Source: Amphiscolops sp. MND2022 (taxonomy: Eukaryota). From it: 64,000 bases of DNA. Positions 1 through 12,749 of this stretch are shown piece after piece. Position 1 is the first letter of the stretch; each line of letters opens with the position of its first letter. The stretch is from NCBI GenBank assembly GCA_964187785.1, contig OZ076409.1:27900001-27964000 (forward strand), in the 5' to 3' direction. A program made the position numbers and the translations under genes. The notes beneath the pieces are model-generated. The model did no database searches. It saw nothing but the letters and a program-made list of their open reading frames with translations, and was not told the origin of the DNA.

Positions 1-285
1 AAAAATCAATATTCAACCTAAAATCAAATCCAAATCTTGCAAGTTAAGCATCAAAATAGCGTCGCGAATATACGTCGCAAGTAAGCAAGCGGACCTACGG
101 TCCATAAAATTATAAAATTGTATCAGATCAGTTTATAAGAGCTGAAAGTTTATAAGAGTCTTTTTAACGTAGACTGATGGTCGATGCGGCCTATAGTGGC
201 AATACTTCAGGGGCCAGGGGCATATTGTCCAGATCATTAACTGCAACCTCGTATCTATTACCATCACAGGAGGCAGCCTGCGACA
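1..285 (-). repeat. 3' LTR of element A (partial, truncated by window edge)
   Basis: About 96.5% identical to 13471-13755; similarity stops at ...GCAGCCTGCGACA (285) versus ...GCAGCCTGCAACA (13755). Confidence 0.85.
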
Positions 286-1122
286 CTCCCATCGGTACTC
301 TGACGAAAGAGAACGCGTGCATCCCGGCTTGGAACGCCTTTCTTTATCTCAGGCGGGTTAAGTAGGTTTCTCCAGGCATGTGGGCTCTCTCTAGATAGTC
401 GAATGTAATTTCCTCTTTGATGGTGTCCGCAGATATGCCACATACTAAGCAATCTCTCTGGTTGACTTGGTTCGGATTTCCAAAAAATCCCGCTAGAACT
501 AATAGCCACACCCCTTATGTGTGAATTCTCTGGTAAATACTGTAACTGTTCTTCCTCCCACGGGTTGGACCAAAAGCTAAAATTGGGGCCCAATTGCTGG
601 AGATTGCGGCGTATCAGGTATGGGCTCCAATTGGTTGGCTACACATAACAATAGGCTGTTGACACTCAGGTCTCGGAGACTCAATGGGTGGATAGTTCCC
701 GAGAACCAGTTCAACTAAATCAATGGAAAGTTCTGAGTCTTCCTTCGTCGAAGGGCCATATAGCCTTCAAGTAAAGAGGGATCATCTCCGCCGTCTGAAA
801 TTTCTGTTGTCATGCAACGTCCGGCTATCGCCATTGTTCTGGAGGTCGGTACTTTTCTGTAACACGCTAACACTTCTATGTCGCTGTCAGAGTTTTCTAC
901 TTCAGTAACTGCTGGTGGGTCATCTACTTCCATGTCTTCTTCTGAGGAAAGATATGACAGGCTAACCAACGTGCTACTTAGGTCTTCGACTGCAAATTGT
1001 AGAGACATTTCTATTTGAAATCTTTTCAAAAAATTTTTCTTGGCTTTTTTGAAAATTGGAGAGTCGACTATTCGGCTGAATGAAACTGAGATGAATGCCA
1101 ACTTTAGGTATTGAGACCTCAA
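264..1122 (-). pseudogene. Decayed accessory ORF(s) of unknown function just upstream of the 3' LTR
   Basis: ORF fragments 715-1122 (MSLQFAVEDLSSTLVSLSYLSSEEDMEVDDPP..., acidic) and 264-593; no recognisable domain. Confidence 0.45.
286..293 (-). other. Putative polypurine tract of element A
   Basis: Minus strand reads GATGGGAG directly followed by the LTR start TGTCGCAGG; short and contains one T. Confidence 0.55.
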
Positions 1123-1442
1123 GTCAAGAGTTACAAATTCCGCGGGAAACTATGGCTGGAGAACCTGGTACCAAACTTTTCGGTGTTTTCCGGGAGTTTC
1201 CATTTTTGTAACTCGGCTTGGATCCTCTTCTTTTGATAAGAAGTTACTCTCTAGTTATATGGTTTTAAGGGTTTCTCAAGTGGCTTTATCAACAGCAATC
1301 GCGTCGTTAACTGCTGGTAAAGATGTCCTCCAGAATTAATTACCTCCACAATATTTGAGTGTACATCACTGGCAGGTTCCGTAACACTGAAAATCATGAA
1401 TAAAAGCTGGTCAAGGGGGTTATAACTACACGTATAATGAAA

Positions 1443-2047
1443 TCACTTGCATGTAGCCACGACCTCCATTAATGTAAAAGCAATTAAAGAACATAATAAT
1501 TGTATAACCAACCGTCTCAGGAGTCGAACATGATAGTAAAACGTAAGTATAGGTAAATGGGACTTGTTTTCGAATTGACGTAAAGCATCATGCTTGTAAA
1601 CCAGTTTTTCAGCAACCTCAATCATCAGAATATTTGAGTTCCTTAGCGCCATTGTTATATCGTAAGTTCCTCACTGTGATTCCTGTTATCCTTTGTGAAT
1701 CAGTCAAGGCAGTTTAGCAGTCTGGATCGTAACAGATCAATCTTTTGAAACTTTTCGTCGCAGTAACAGCATCGCCCGCAGATTTGCATCCATTGGACTG
1801 TGATTCTGTGCGACCTACTTAGACCAAAGTTCAAGTTTATCCTGCATCTAATTCCAGATCTTCAATTCCATTCTAACAGCAATATTCACGATTTGCAAAC
1901 GCCAGGAGTTGCACTCAACAGTCGAAATTCGAAGTACAAATTCTGCTTGCTAATTTAGACAAACATCAGATTTGTTGTTTAAATAAATCGTCAATTTTGA
2001 GCTTGATCAGGGCTTCCTATTGGCTAAGTTCTCTTTTCCTCCATCAT
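1443..2047 (-). pseudogene. Decayed helical/coiled-coil-like accessory ORF
   Basis: ORF 1443-1652 continues upstream in frame through several stops (VNIAVRMELKIWN*MQDKLELWSK*VAQNHSPMDANLRAMLLLRRKVSKD*...); no domain recognised. Confidence 0.35.
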
Positions 2048-2174
2048 GAAATATTCAACCATAGGTATGAACAGATGAAAAACTTGCTTTCGAAAGGCTT
2101 CCAAACGCAATAAAATAGAGTTTTATAGGGGAAGTGGATCGCATGAATTTATTATCTTCCGTTTAGGCAACGAA

Positions 2175-3365
2175 ATGAGTGGCGAACCGAGTCGAGAGTC
2201 ACTTGAAGACACAGAGAGTAAATCTCAGCAAGCCGAACAAATCCCTGAAACCCAAGTCTCTGAACGCTGAGTGGACGTGAGGTCCATAACTGAGTTGTCC
2301 TCAAGCAGCGATCCAGAGAGTTGTGGAGCTTACTTCACGCGGAAGATGGAATTTTTGGGGGCCGGAGATCCGGACACTCCCGCAAATGATGTACAAACCT
2401 CTGAGCGAGACAAGCCAGCACCAGTGACACGGTGTCCGTCACTCCAGGAATCAATTTCTTCGAGCTGATTGAACCACTTACGGAAAGTCTACTTGAGGTC
2501 AATTATTTGGATACAACAAGACGGGCTCACGAATCCACTGAGGTTGTACTTGAGCAAATTCAGGAAGCAACTACAAGCAACCCTACTGACTGCCCAGAAG
2601 TCGATCCAGATGAGGGAAATGAAACGGGAGAGCAACAGGTTACCACAGAAGAATCCAATGCTGGAAGGGAACGAATGTATTACCGGTCTAATACAGAGGA
2701 TGATTCTTGTGCTGATATGGATCTGGAGACTGCCTCTCAAACTCGTTCAACGCTTGTTCATGCGCTTTACTGTCCCACGCGTATGACAGAGAGTTCGTGC
2801 CCGAGGGACTCTAGCCATGAACCAAATTAACACCATGCCCTTGCTGCCAGCAGGCCAACACCCCTAGCAAGTACCAGCTGCGCAATCATAAAGCAGTGCT
2901 TCACTGAAACGAACCACCCGGACCACGACCATCGTTTTACCACCCGGACACCCTACAGTGGCATTCAACCAGGAGCAAATAAGTAGCATCCTCCGGATCG
3001 TTGCAGACAAGAGTGCTCGAGCTTCGTTCGAAATGCTCAAAAGCATTGTCCAACGGGCCAGTCAATTGAGCTTGCATGCCAGACCTAGAACTCCCCGAAG
3101 CGGGGAACACAGAGAAGTCTTGCTCCTGAGACTGACACTGACGTCGAAATCGACTCTGTTATGACTTCGGATTTTCACGGAGAAAGCAGCAGCCAGGGGT
3201 TTACCAGTGACCGTGAGACTCCACGCGACTTCCAGTCCTCAATCAATCTACCTTCTCCTCCCACCGCGGCCGCCATGGGGGATCCAGACCGTGAGGCCAT
3301 TCCACTCTCGCCAGTGTGTTCCAGTCATGGGGCTCAGACTTTGGCTACTATCAGACAGAAGCCCT
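2175..3365 (+). pseudogene. Antisense accessory ORF (acidic, S/T/E/P-rich), broken by a stop and frameshifts
   Basis: ATG at 2175 (MSGEPSRESLEDTESKSQQAEQIPETQVSER*) is in frame with the 2271 ORF after one TGA; ORFs 2432, 2958 and 3161 continue with similar composition; cut off at the junction with the integrase remnant near 3365. Confidence 0.55.
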
Positions 3366-3850
3366 CAATTTCAGCAACTAACTTTGAAGTAAAGGCTGAT
3401 CCTTTGTCACTTATCAAAGTAGTTGGCAAAAAGTATGTTTGGTCATTATGTCAATAACAACCTTAGCCGTTATTGCTGCCGATGCATCCGTAACTGGGTA
3501 GGCAAAAAGATAATGTGAAAAAACATCCATGACTGTAACGATATTTTCGTATCCTCAATTTGGTGGGAGATTAGGTGAAAGGTCAGTTTGCATTGCGTCT
3601 TCTGGACCTAAGGCCCACTCCGGTAAATTGCGTAACTCGGGAGTTAATAGCTCATTGCTGATTCTCTTGTCTTTAATGCATATTTCGCATCCATTTACCC
3701 ATTTTCAGTTAAGTTTTGCTGTTCCAGGATGATAATGTTTACATCGGATTTCCTGTAGCATCTTGGCAATGCCTGGGTGTCGATTAGCCTTTCCGTGGAG
3801 CGATTCGAGTAGTTCGGTCTTCAGATGTTTAGTAAAAAGCACTTGATTGT
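3365..3850 (-). pseudogene. Integrase remnant (zinc-binding region plus first two acidic motifs; C-terminal part deleted)
   Basis: Manual translation gives LHGKANRHPGIAKM, KWVNGCEICIKDK, PEWALGPEDAMQTD, VMDVFSHYLFAYP and LPTTLISDKGSAFTSKLVAEI, after which homology ends abruptly. Confidence 0.85.
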
Positions 3851-4054
3851 ACTTGACGTTTCCTGTTTCATCGTAGTACTGTCTGGTGATGATTTAGTCT
3901 TGAATGGACATCCGGTCTAATTGACGTAGGTAGTGTTGGTATCTGGTATCTTGTATCAAAATAGTTTCTGAGTATTCTTCTTTTTGTGTTTTGAGTTTGA
4001 GTTTGTGTAAAATAACATCATTATTTTGTTCTTTAGCCATTGTGTTGGTGTTGG

Positions 4055-5450
4055 CTAGTCTTTGACAGGTTGAATGTTTACGCTAATTACTATTGTGTGT
4101 ACTAAAGTTTCCGAACGATTTATCGAGCCGTTTGTGGGTAGGGCTATTTCGTGCCAGTTTCTTTCGTTGCCCAATCTGTTCTTCAGTTTCGTCGTCATCC
4201 TCATTGTAGAAGATTTGTTCCTCTTCAGTGATCCCCACTGATTGGACGTGTAGTTCAATTGCCGTTGTTGGGATATCTTCTCTGATTTGAAGTAACAATT
4301 TTTTTTCGGAAAGACTTCTAAGCGTGATAAATTCTTTAGCATTAAAAGGAAATTTTTAACTGTGCTGGACTGAAAATCTTCGAGCCGTAGGCTACCGGAG
4401 CAAAAGCTTTCCTCGTTGAAGTGTATTTCTCTTATGGATCATCCTCAATCAGGACTGCATACCCAGCGGCCATGAAGGTCTATTTGCTTGTTCGGTAGAA
4501 GTTGTTTAAACGCTAGTTCGCAACAGCGGTCAAGGGCCTTGATTATCTCTGTGATTTTTTCCAACAGGTCCGATGTTACCAGGACTTTTTTAAATCATTT
4601 TTGAGGAGTTTAAAGAACGGAGTCAGTTTTTGGAAAAGAATGGGGATGTAATTTCGATAGTAAATGAGGAATCCGAGGTATCGTTGTAGTGTTTTCTTAG
4701 ACTATGGAAAAGACTTTGTTCTCGAGAAAATTTTGGACTCGTGGTCGTTGCGGACGTACCCCGACCGGTGTAATTATCCGACCCAGGAAATCGGTTTCCG
4801 TTGCACGAAAATGGCATTTATGCATGGTAAGCTTCAAGCCTGCAGGTCGGATGCATTGGAAAGTGGCCCGTAGGTTCTTGATGATTTGTTTAGCATCGTT
4901 TGCAGCAATGCCAATATTTTCTACATATATTGCACATTGATGGGCTTTGATTACTTTATCAAGGTATTCGCGCATAAAGCTTGAACAAGCTGATAGAGCG
5001 CGACTGCGGAATTGTGCCAATCTGCGATATACAAAAGTTCTGCTGGCGAAATTGAACGCCAACATCTCTATCGACCTTTGGTCCGCTATTTGCAGACAGT
5101 GGATGCTTGTGAGCAATCCATTTTGCAAAAAAAGCTTTTTGCCTGCCATGTGTTTAGCTGCATCAGTTAATGTACTAACGGGATGATTGATGTTGTAGTA
5201 ATCATCTGACATAAGGTAATTGATCTTCTGAAGGTCGACTAGGAGCCATAATTTGCCACTAGGTTTCTTTTGGGCAAAAATGGGGCTAGCGTATTTGAGA
5301 ATGCGAGGGTTGTTATTATCCCATAACGTTGTATGGAAGCCAATTCTACAAGGATGTCTTCGTTGAGGTTGATAGGCGTTGGTAGACTTTGACTTTAGGC
5401 TGGGGAATCATCTTTTGGTGTTACTTTAACCGTAAACGCCTCATTTTTGC
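4055..5450 (-). pseudogene. Reverse transcriptase / RNase H remnant of element A
   Basis: ORF 4697-5212: LAFNFASRTFVYRRLAQ, degenerate YxDD as YVENIGIAAN, GLKLTMHKCHF, TDFLGRIITPVGVRP; the RNase H region is fragmented. Confidence 0.9.
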
Positions 5451-5787
5451 CTGTGTCGAATCGGTGTCCAGCGAATAAATCGTGGAATGCGACTAGCAGA
5501 TTTTCGATGCGTGTAATTTCATCTGGTTATAGCATGGAGTCAGCCCAGTCAAAGATGTTGTATGGACTGAGGATCATCCTGAGGATTTAATTTTTCTAGC
5601 TCCTGAAGGATCAGTAGTTCCTTCACAATACGTTTTTTGATAGGCGTATATTACTGCGGGTCCCCGGGGTCATCCGGAGTAAGTAACCAATAGTTCTCCC
5701 TAAAACTTTCTGGTTTGGAAGATTTGATCAGGCTGCTAACGTAAAATGCAGCATTCTCGGGGTTGTCCTGCAATAGGTGCCATGTGG

Positions 5788-5991
5788 TCATCGGATCGAT
5801 AGGTTGGCAACGCGAGAACCTCTTTTGAGGGTATAAGGGTGGTCAGTGAAACTGTTCAAACGAATTTCTACTTGACCACAGGTCAATGTGACCAAAGCCG
5901 CACAAAAGGCAATGTCTCCATCTTCAGTGAGTGCACTGCTCCGTTGAAGGATGCCGGTAACAATAGTGTCGTCGTACATTTGTGAGTTCAA
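5788..5991 (-). pseudogene. dUTPase-like (degenerate) segment between protease and RT
   Basis: GQVEIRLNSFTDHPYTLKRGSRVANL resembles the trimeric dUTPase C-terminal pattern GEIxVxLxNxxxxxFxIxxGxRIAQL; catalytic motifs not evident. Confidence 0.45.
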
Positions 5992-5996
5992 CGAGA

Positions 5997-6554
5997 CTAG
6001 ATGCCTATCATTAGGGGAATTGTCATTTTCGCTTGAATACAGATAGGCTCCAGGACGTTGGTGTACTTGTGATCCTCTGTTTTTAATTGCAGGGAGAAAA
6101 ACGGAAAATTTAAGATTCCTTGTCGCGTGTCCAATATGGTATTGTTTCGCTGTAGAAACGAAACGCCAATCAACGGACTTGTTACTTTCTCCATTACAAC
6201 AAAAGTTACATGGAAATCCATGTCGCCGACCTCAAAGTTCAATTCAACCGTGCTCTTTAGGGTTTCCAGTTGCCCGTTTGCTACCATTGATTGGAAGTTG
6301 GGTACTGGACCCTCTTTGACACTCGACTGAGGGGATAATACTCGAATTTTACGTAGATCAGTTTCAGGGATTGCGGTAGATAAAGCTCCCGTGTCTACAA
6401 GGCCATCTAAAGTAAGTTCGCCAGTATACATTGGAAAATAGAGCATCCGTCGCTTGTATTTGATTCCAAGATTGGTTGTCAGCGGTACATAATCTGGTTC
6501 TCCATTTCTGGTTACCAGGGTATCTACGAAACGTGCTTCGATGTCTGTAGTCAA
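5997..6554 (-). pseudogene. Retroviral-type aspartic protease of element A
   Basis: GLVDTGALSTAI active-site motif and downstream PLIGVSFLQ. Confidence 0.85.
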
Positions 6555-7053
6555 AGAGACTTGTGGTTGTAAGGAATGAGTATTGAGTTTTGTTTCCCAT
6601 GGATCAACTAGTGCTTTCGTTAAGACATCATTAAGAGCCCTATCGGTTACAGGACAGTCGGGTTATATATCTGGGTCTTGTTTGGTGAAATCGCTAAAGA
6701 AGTATAAATCATGTTGATTGTAGCTGTGAATGTCCCAATAGGGGTCGACACCGTAGTCAGGACCTATGTAATACCGGTTGTACTCAACTATTGATGGAAG
6801 GGGGCGGGTTGAGGTGTAGTCAAGTTGAGTCTATCGTACCCAAGGTCCAATTTGTGAAGTTTGAAGGGAGTCTGACTCGTCTGCTGCTGCCAGTCTGCTG
6901 ATGAGATTCCCTCAAGAGGTGTAGAAATTAAGAGAAGGGTCAGTCAGTAGAAGGGTCAGAAAATATGTACTGTCTGAAACGTAGCTCGTCATTAAATTGG
7001 CGTCGTGGCAATTCTAGTTCTTTGAAATTTTTAGGATAGAAGTTGATTGTTTA

Positions 7054-8654
7054 TTAGCTATATCGTTTTGGCCTGAGGACGTATCGTCTTGTTTGGCGTC
7101 CTCTAATTTGCTGTTTTTGGGCTTGAGGTGGGCTCCTGCGCCTTTCCAACACCGTTCCGCCGGTTGGTTCGTTTTGTCCCAAATCGGACATTTTGGATAT
7201 TCCTTCTTGGTATCCTGCTTTCGTTGCGTTTTTGTTCCTCCCTTTTTTTGAGTTTTCGACAGTCACCCTTGACGGGTCCGTGTTTTTTGCAGTAATTGCA
7301 GGTAATATTTGGGTCAATGCCGGAGGAGATGAGGCCTGTTCCCGGTCGTGTTGCTGTCGGAGAAGCGGACATTGTGGGGACTGGAATGTCGTCACCTCTC
7401 TCAAGTCCATTAAGCTCTAGTTCCCGTTCTAGCTGGGTAACGATTTCTTTATTTGAGCCATTCTCCAGTCTCGCCTTATTGACTGAACTCTTGAGTTTTG
7501 GGGCAATTTGGCGTTCAAGAGGTTGTCTATCATCGCCTGGGCATTTTAAACAAACGCTTTTTCGGCTCCCTGATTTAGTTCCTCAAGGAAGTCCGGCAGT
7601 TTCATTGTGTTTGGATCAAACATTAGTTTGTGCCATTTGTGCTTGGCGGTTGCCTGGGATTCTGGTTTGACGTACTTTCGTAGGAAGACCATCAGTAGGT
7701 CTTCCATAGTTTGCCTATTTGCAGTGGTAATATTGCGGAATGTTTGTAGGGCATTTTCCCCTAAAAGGGGTGAAAATGATTTATTTTCATCAATTCCGAC
7801 ATTTCTTGCTGCCTTTTTAATTTGGTATGAAAGAGGTATTCAAAGAGTTCGAATTGTTCGGATTTGCCACCAAACGTCAGTGTAGTGGTGCTGGCCGGAC
7901 GTACCATCAGTAATTGTGCCAATGGTTTGCTCATCATTCCTACTAACACGTCTGCGAGGCGTCTAATGGGGTCTGAACTGTTATTATTGGCACTGGTCTC
8001 TGGGACCATAGGCATATTCTCCGAAGACTGACCACGTGGGGAATTTTGATTCTGTGTGTCAATTCAGAAGTGCATGAGCCGACCAGTAAGAAATTCAGGA
8101 ACCGTACAATCTGAGTCTCCTCGGAAGTAATCACTCTGATTACCGTGAGCCGAAATGGGCTTTGAGTTGGATTTCCAAGCACTTTTAGAATTTTTCGCTT
8201 GGGCGGTCCCGCTAATTCCCCTGGACCTGTGGTCCATTTCCTCCCGAAATACAGTATTTTCGCTGTTAATTGAATTTTGAGTATTTGGAAGGATTCTTCA
8301 ATGATCATTGAGTTTAAGGTCTCTGTCATCTGACAATTCTAATCTTTTTTTCAATTCTTCTGTTTTCCTGGAAACTTCAGAGTTCACTAGTCTCAATATT
8401 TCAATAGTAGCATCACTATTTTCTCTACTATTTGAGTTTAAAAGAGACCTGAAGTCATTGAAGTCATCACATTCTGTATTGTCTCCGGCCGAATTGGACT
8501 CAAGGACCGCTTCTGCATTTCTTTCTTCAGAATTACTTTCAATCTCATTTCTGGAGTATAAACCTAGCATCACGTCTAATTTTTCAACATCAGACATCAA
8601 GTCTGCTTGCCTAGAGCGTCTGTCTTTCGCTCTTCGCTTTCTAGTCGAAGGCAT
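7054..8654 (-). pseudogene. gag-like region of element A (basic N-terminus, capsid-like fragment, degenerate zinc knuckle)
   Basis: MPSTRKRRAKDRRSRQADLMSD... start at 8654; LTFGGKSEQFELFEYLFHT (7761-8015); CNYCKKHGPVKGDC knuckle (7103-7372); multiple frameshifts. Confidence 0.75.
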
Positions 8655-9214
8655 TGAAAAAATTTATGTCCAAGAAATATTATATTGTCGAATTTTTGTT
8701 TTTATCAAACAGAACAAAATTCTGTAACAAGCAAATCAATGCTGGTGTCAACAATTTAATCGGTACTAAAGGTCAGGATTGTTCAAATTGGCAATTGAAG
8801 CAATGTTTGATTTCATTGATTGGTCGAATTGTGTTCTCCCTGACTGGGAGTCCTCATATATACATCTAGAATTGCATAACACGCAAAGTAATAGCAGTCA
8901 CGATACTGAAAATAGCCCCAAAGTTGGAAAATGGCAACTCTTCTAGGGAAAACGCCCATTAGGGCTAAACATCCTTACGTCACTCAACAAGCTATATTTA
9001 GTAACAAATCATGTCATGAGGTTGTCAAATGAGTGGGGACAAGGTGGCGCGCCTTTCATGTTGCATCATCTACATTCACTTCATATTGGTTTGTTTGCAT
9101 TGTAGTAATCATAAACCAGCAGTCCAAAATACCTAGCTGAGACTAAATGAATGGAATAGTACTGCGCTATGATTTCTTAATTAGTTGGCAGACTACGCGT
9201 CCAATTTGACCAAT

Positions 9215-12200
9215 AGCAATCCAATTTGCAAAAAAAGTTTTTTGCCCGCCATGTGTTTAGCTGCATCAGTTAATGTACTAACGGGATGATTGATGTTGTA
9301 GTAATCATCTGACACAAGGTAATTGATCTTCTGAAGGTCGACTAGGAGCCATAATTTGCCACTAGGTTTCTTTTGGGCAAAAATGGGGCTAGCGTATTTG
9401 AGAATGCGAGGGTTGTTATTATCCCATAACGTTGTATGGAAGCCAATTCTACAAGGATGTCTTCGTTGAGGTTGATAGGCGTTGGTAGACTTTGACTTTA
9501 GGCTGGGGAATCATCTTTTGGTGTTACTTTAACCGTAAACGCCTCATTTTTGCCTGTGTCGAATCGGTGTCCAGCGAATAAATCGTGGAATGCGACTAGC
9601 AGATTTTCGATGCGTGTAATTTCATCTGGTTATAGCATGGAGTCAGCCCAGTCAAAGATGTTGTATGGACTGAGGATCATCCTGAGGATTTAATTTTTCT
9701 AGCTCCTGAAGGATCAGTAGTTCCTTCAGAATACGTTTTTTGATAGGCGTATGTTACTGCGGGTCCCCGGGGTCATCCGGAGTAAGTAACCAATAGTTCT
9801 CCCTAAAACTTTCTGGTTTGGAAGATTTGATCAGGCTGCTAACGTAAAATGCAGCATTCTCGGGATTGTCCTGCAATAGGTGCCATGTGGTCATCGGATC
9901 GATAGGTTGGCAACGCGAGAACCTTTTTTGAGGGTATAAGGGTGGTCAGTGAAACTGTTCAAACGAATTTCTACTTGACCACAGGTCAATGTGACCAAAG
10001 CCGCACAAAAGGCAATGTCTCCATCTTCAGTGAGTGCACTGCTCCGTTGAAGGATGCCGGTAACAATAGTGTCGTCGTACATTTGTGAGTTCAACGAGAC
10101 TAGATGCCTATCATTAGGGGAATTGTCATTTTCGCTTGAATACAGATAGGCTCCAGGACGTTGGTGTACTTGTGATCCTCTGTTTTTAATTGCAGGGAGA
10201 AAAACGGAAAATTTAAGATTCCTTGTCGCGTGTCCAATATGGTATTGTTTCGCTGTAGAAACGAAACGCCAATCAACGGACTTGTTACTTTCTCCATTAC
10301 AACAAAAGTTACATGGAAATCCATGTCGCCGACCTCAAAGTTCAATTCAACCGTGCTCTTTAGGGTTTCCAGTTGCCCGTTTGCTACCATTGATTGGAAG
10401 TTGGGTACTGGACCCTCTTTGACACTCGACTGAGGGGATAATTTTACGTAGATCAGTTTCAGGGATTGCGGTAGATAAAGCTCCCGTGTCTACAAGGCCA
10501 TCTAAAGTAAGTTCGCCAGTATACATTGGAAAATAGAGCATCCGTCGCTTGTATTTGATTCCAAGATTGGTTGTCAGCGGTACATAATCTGGTTCTCCAT
10601 TTCTGGTTACCAGGGTATCTACGAAACGTGCTTCGATGTCTGTAGTCAAAGAGACTTGTGGTTGTAAGGAATGAGTATTGAGTTTTGTTTCCCATGGATC
10701 AACTAGTGCTTTCGTTAAGACATCATTAAGAGCCCTATCGGTTACAGGACAGTCGGGTTATATATCTGGGTCTTGTTTGGTGAAATCGCTATAGAAGTAT
10801 AAATCATGTTGATTGTAGCTGTGAATGTCCCAATAGGGGTCGACACCGTAGTCAGGACCTATGTAATACCGGTTGTACTCAACTATTGATGGAAGGGGGC
10901 GGGTTGAGGTGTAGTCAAGTTGAGTCTATCGTACCCAAGGTCCAATTTGTGAAGTTTGAAGGGAGTCTGACTCGTCTGCTGCTGCCAGTCTGCTGATGAG
11001 ATTCCCTCAAGAGGTGTAGAAATTAAGAGAAGGGTCAGTCAGTAGAAGGGTCAGAAAATATGTACTGTCTGAAACGTAGCTCGTCATTAAATTGGCGTCG
11101 TGGCAATTCTAGTTTTTTGAAATTTTTAGGATAGAAGTTGATTGTTTATTAGCTATATCGTTTTGGCCTGAGGACTTATCGTCTTGTTTGGCGTCCTCTA
11201 ATTTGCTGTTTTTGGGCTTGAGGTGGACTCCTGCGCCTTTCCAACACCGTTCCGCCGGTTGGTTCGTTTTGTCCCAAGTCGGACATTTTGGATATTCCTT
11301 CTTGGTATCCTGCTTTCGTTGCGTTTTTGTTCCTCCTTTCTTTTGAGTTTTCGACAGTCATCCTTGACGGGTCCGTGTTTTTTGCAGTAATTGCAGGTAA
11401 TATTTGGGTCAATGCCGGAGGAGATGAGGCCTGTTCCCGGTCGTGTTGCTGTCGGAGAAGCGGACATTGTGGGGACTGGAATGTCGTCACCTCTCTCAAG
11501 TCCATAAAGCTCTAGTTCCCGTTCCAGCTGGGTAACGATTTCTTTATTTGAGCCATTCTCCAGTCTCGCCTTATTGACTGAACTCTTGAGTTTTGGGGCA
11601 ATTTGGCGTTCAAGAGGTTGTCTATCATCGCCTGGGCATTTTAAACAAACGCTTTTTCGGCTCCCTGAATTAGTTCCTCAAGGAAGTCCGGCAGTTTCAT
11701 TGTGTTTGGATCAAACATTAGTTTGTGCCATTTGTGCTTGGCGGTTGCCTGGGATTCTGGTTTGACGTACTTTCGTAGGAAGACCATCAGTAGGTCTTCC
11801 ATAGTTTGCCTATTTGCAGTGGTAATATTGCGGAATGTTTGTAGGGCATTTTCCCCTAAAAGGGGTGAAAATGATTTATTTTCATCAATTCCGACATTTC
11901 TTGCTGCCTTTTTAATTTGGTATGAAAGAGGTATTCAAAGAGTTCGAATTGTTCGGATTTGCCACCAAACGTCAGTGTAGTGGTGCTGGCCGGACGTACC
12001 ATCAGTAATTGTGCCAATGGTTTGCTCATCATTCCTACTAACACGTCTGCGAGGCGTCTAATGGGGTCTGAACTGTCATTATTGGCACTGGTCTCTGGGA
12101 CCATAGGCATATTCTCCGAAGACTGACCACGTGGGGAATTTTGATTCTGTGTGTCAATTCAGAAGTGCATGAGCCGACCAGTAAGAAATTCAGGAACCGT

Positions 12201-12749
12201 ACAATCTGAGTCTCCTCGGAAGTAATCACTCTGATTACCGTGAGCCGAAATGGGCTTTGAGTTGGATTTCCAAGCACTTTTAGTATTTTTCGCTTGGGCG
12301 GTCCCGCTAATTCCCCTGGACCTGTGGTCCATTTCCTCCCGAAATACAGTATTTTCGCTGTTAATTGAATTTTGAGTATTTGGAAGGATTCTTCATTGAT
12401 CATTGAGTTTAAGATCTCTGTCATCTGACAATTCTAATCTTTTTTTCAATTCTTCTGTTTTCCTGGAAACTTCAGAGTTCACTAGTCTCAATATTTCAAT
12501 AGTAGCATCACTATTTTCTCTACTATTTGAGTTTAAAAGAGACCTGAAGTCATTGAAGTCATCACATTCTGTATTGTCTCCGGCCGAATTGGACTCAAGG
12601 ACCGCTTCTGCATTTCTTTCTTCAGAATTACTTTCAATCTCATTTCTGGAGTATAAACCTAGCATCACGTCTAATTTTTCAACATCAGACATCAAGTCTG
12701 CTTGCCTAGAGCGTCTGTCTTTCGCTCTTCGCTTTCTAGTCGAAGGCAT
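9215..12749 (-). pseudogene. Duplicate gag-PR-dUTPase-like-RT(N-terminal) region
   Basis: Second copy of 5112-8654; the protease is split into ORFs 10347-10649 and 10100-10390. Confidence 0.9.

Noticed and set aside
8308-8727. Plus-strand 139-aa ORF (and similar ones at 12403, 56593, 58886, 59309)
   Set aside because: Antisense shadows of minus-strand gag/pol frames, with no independent motifs.
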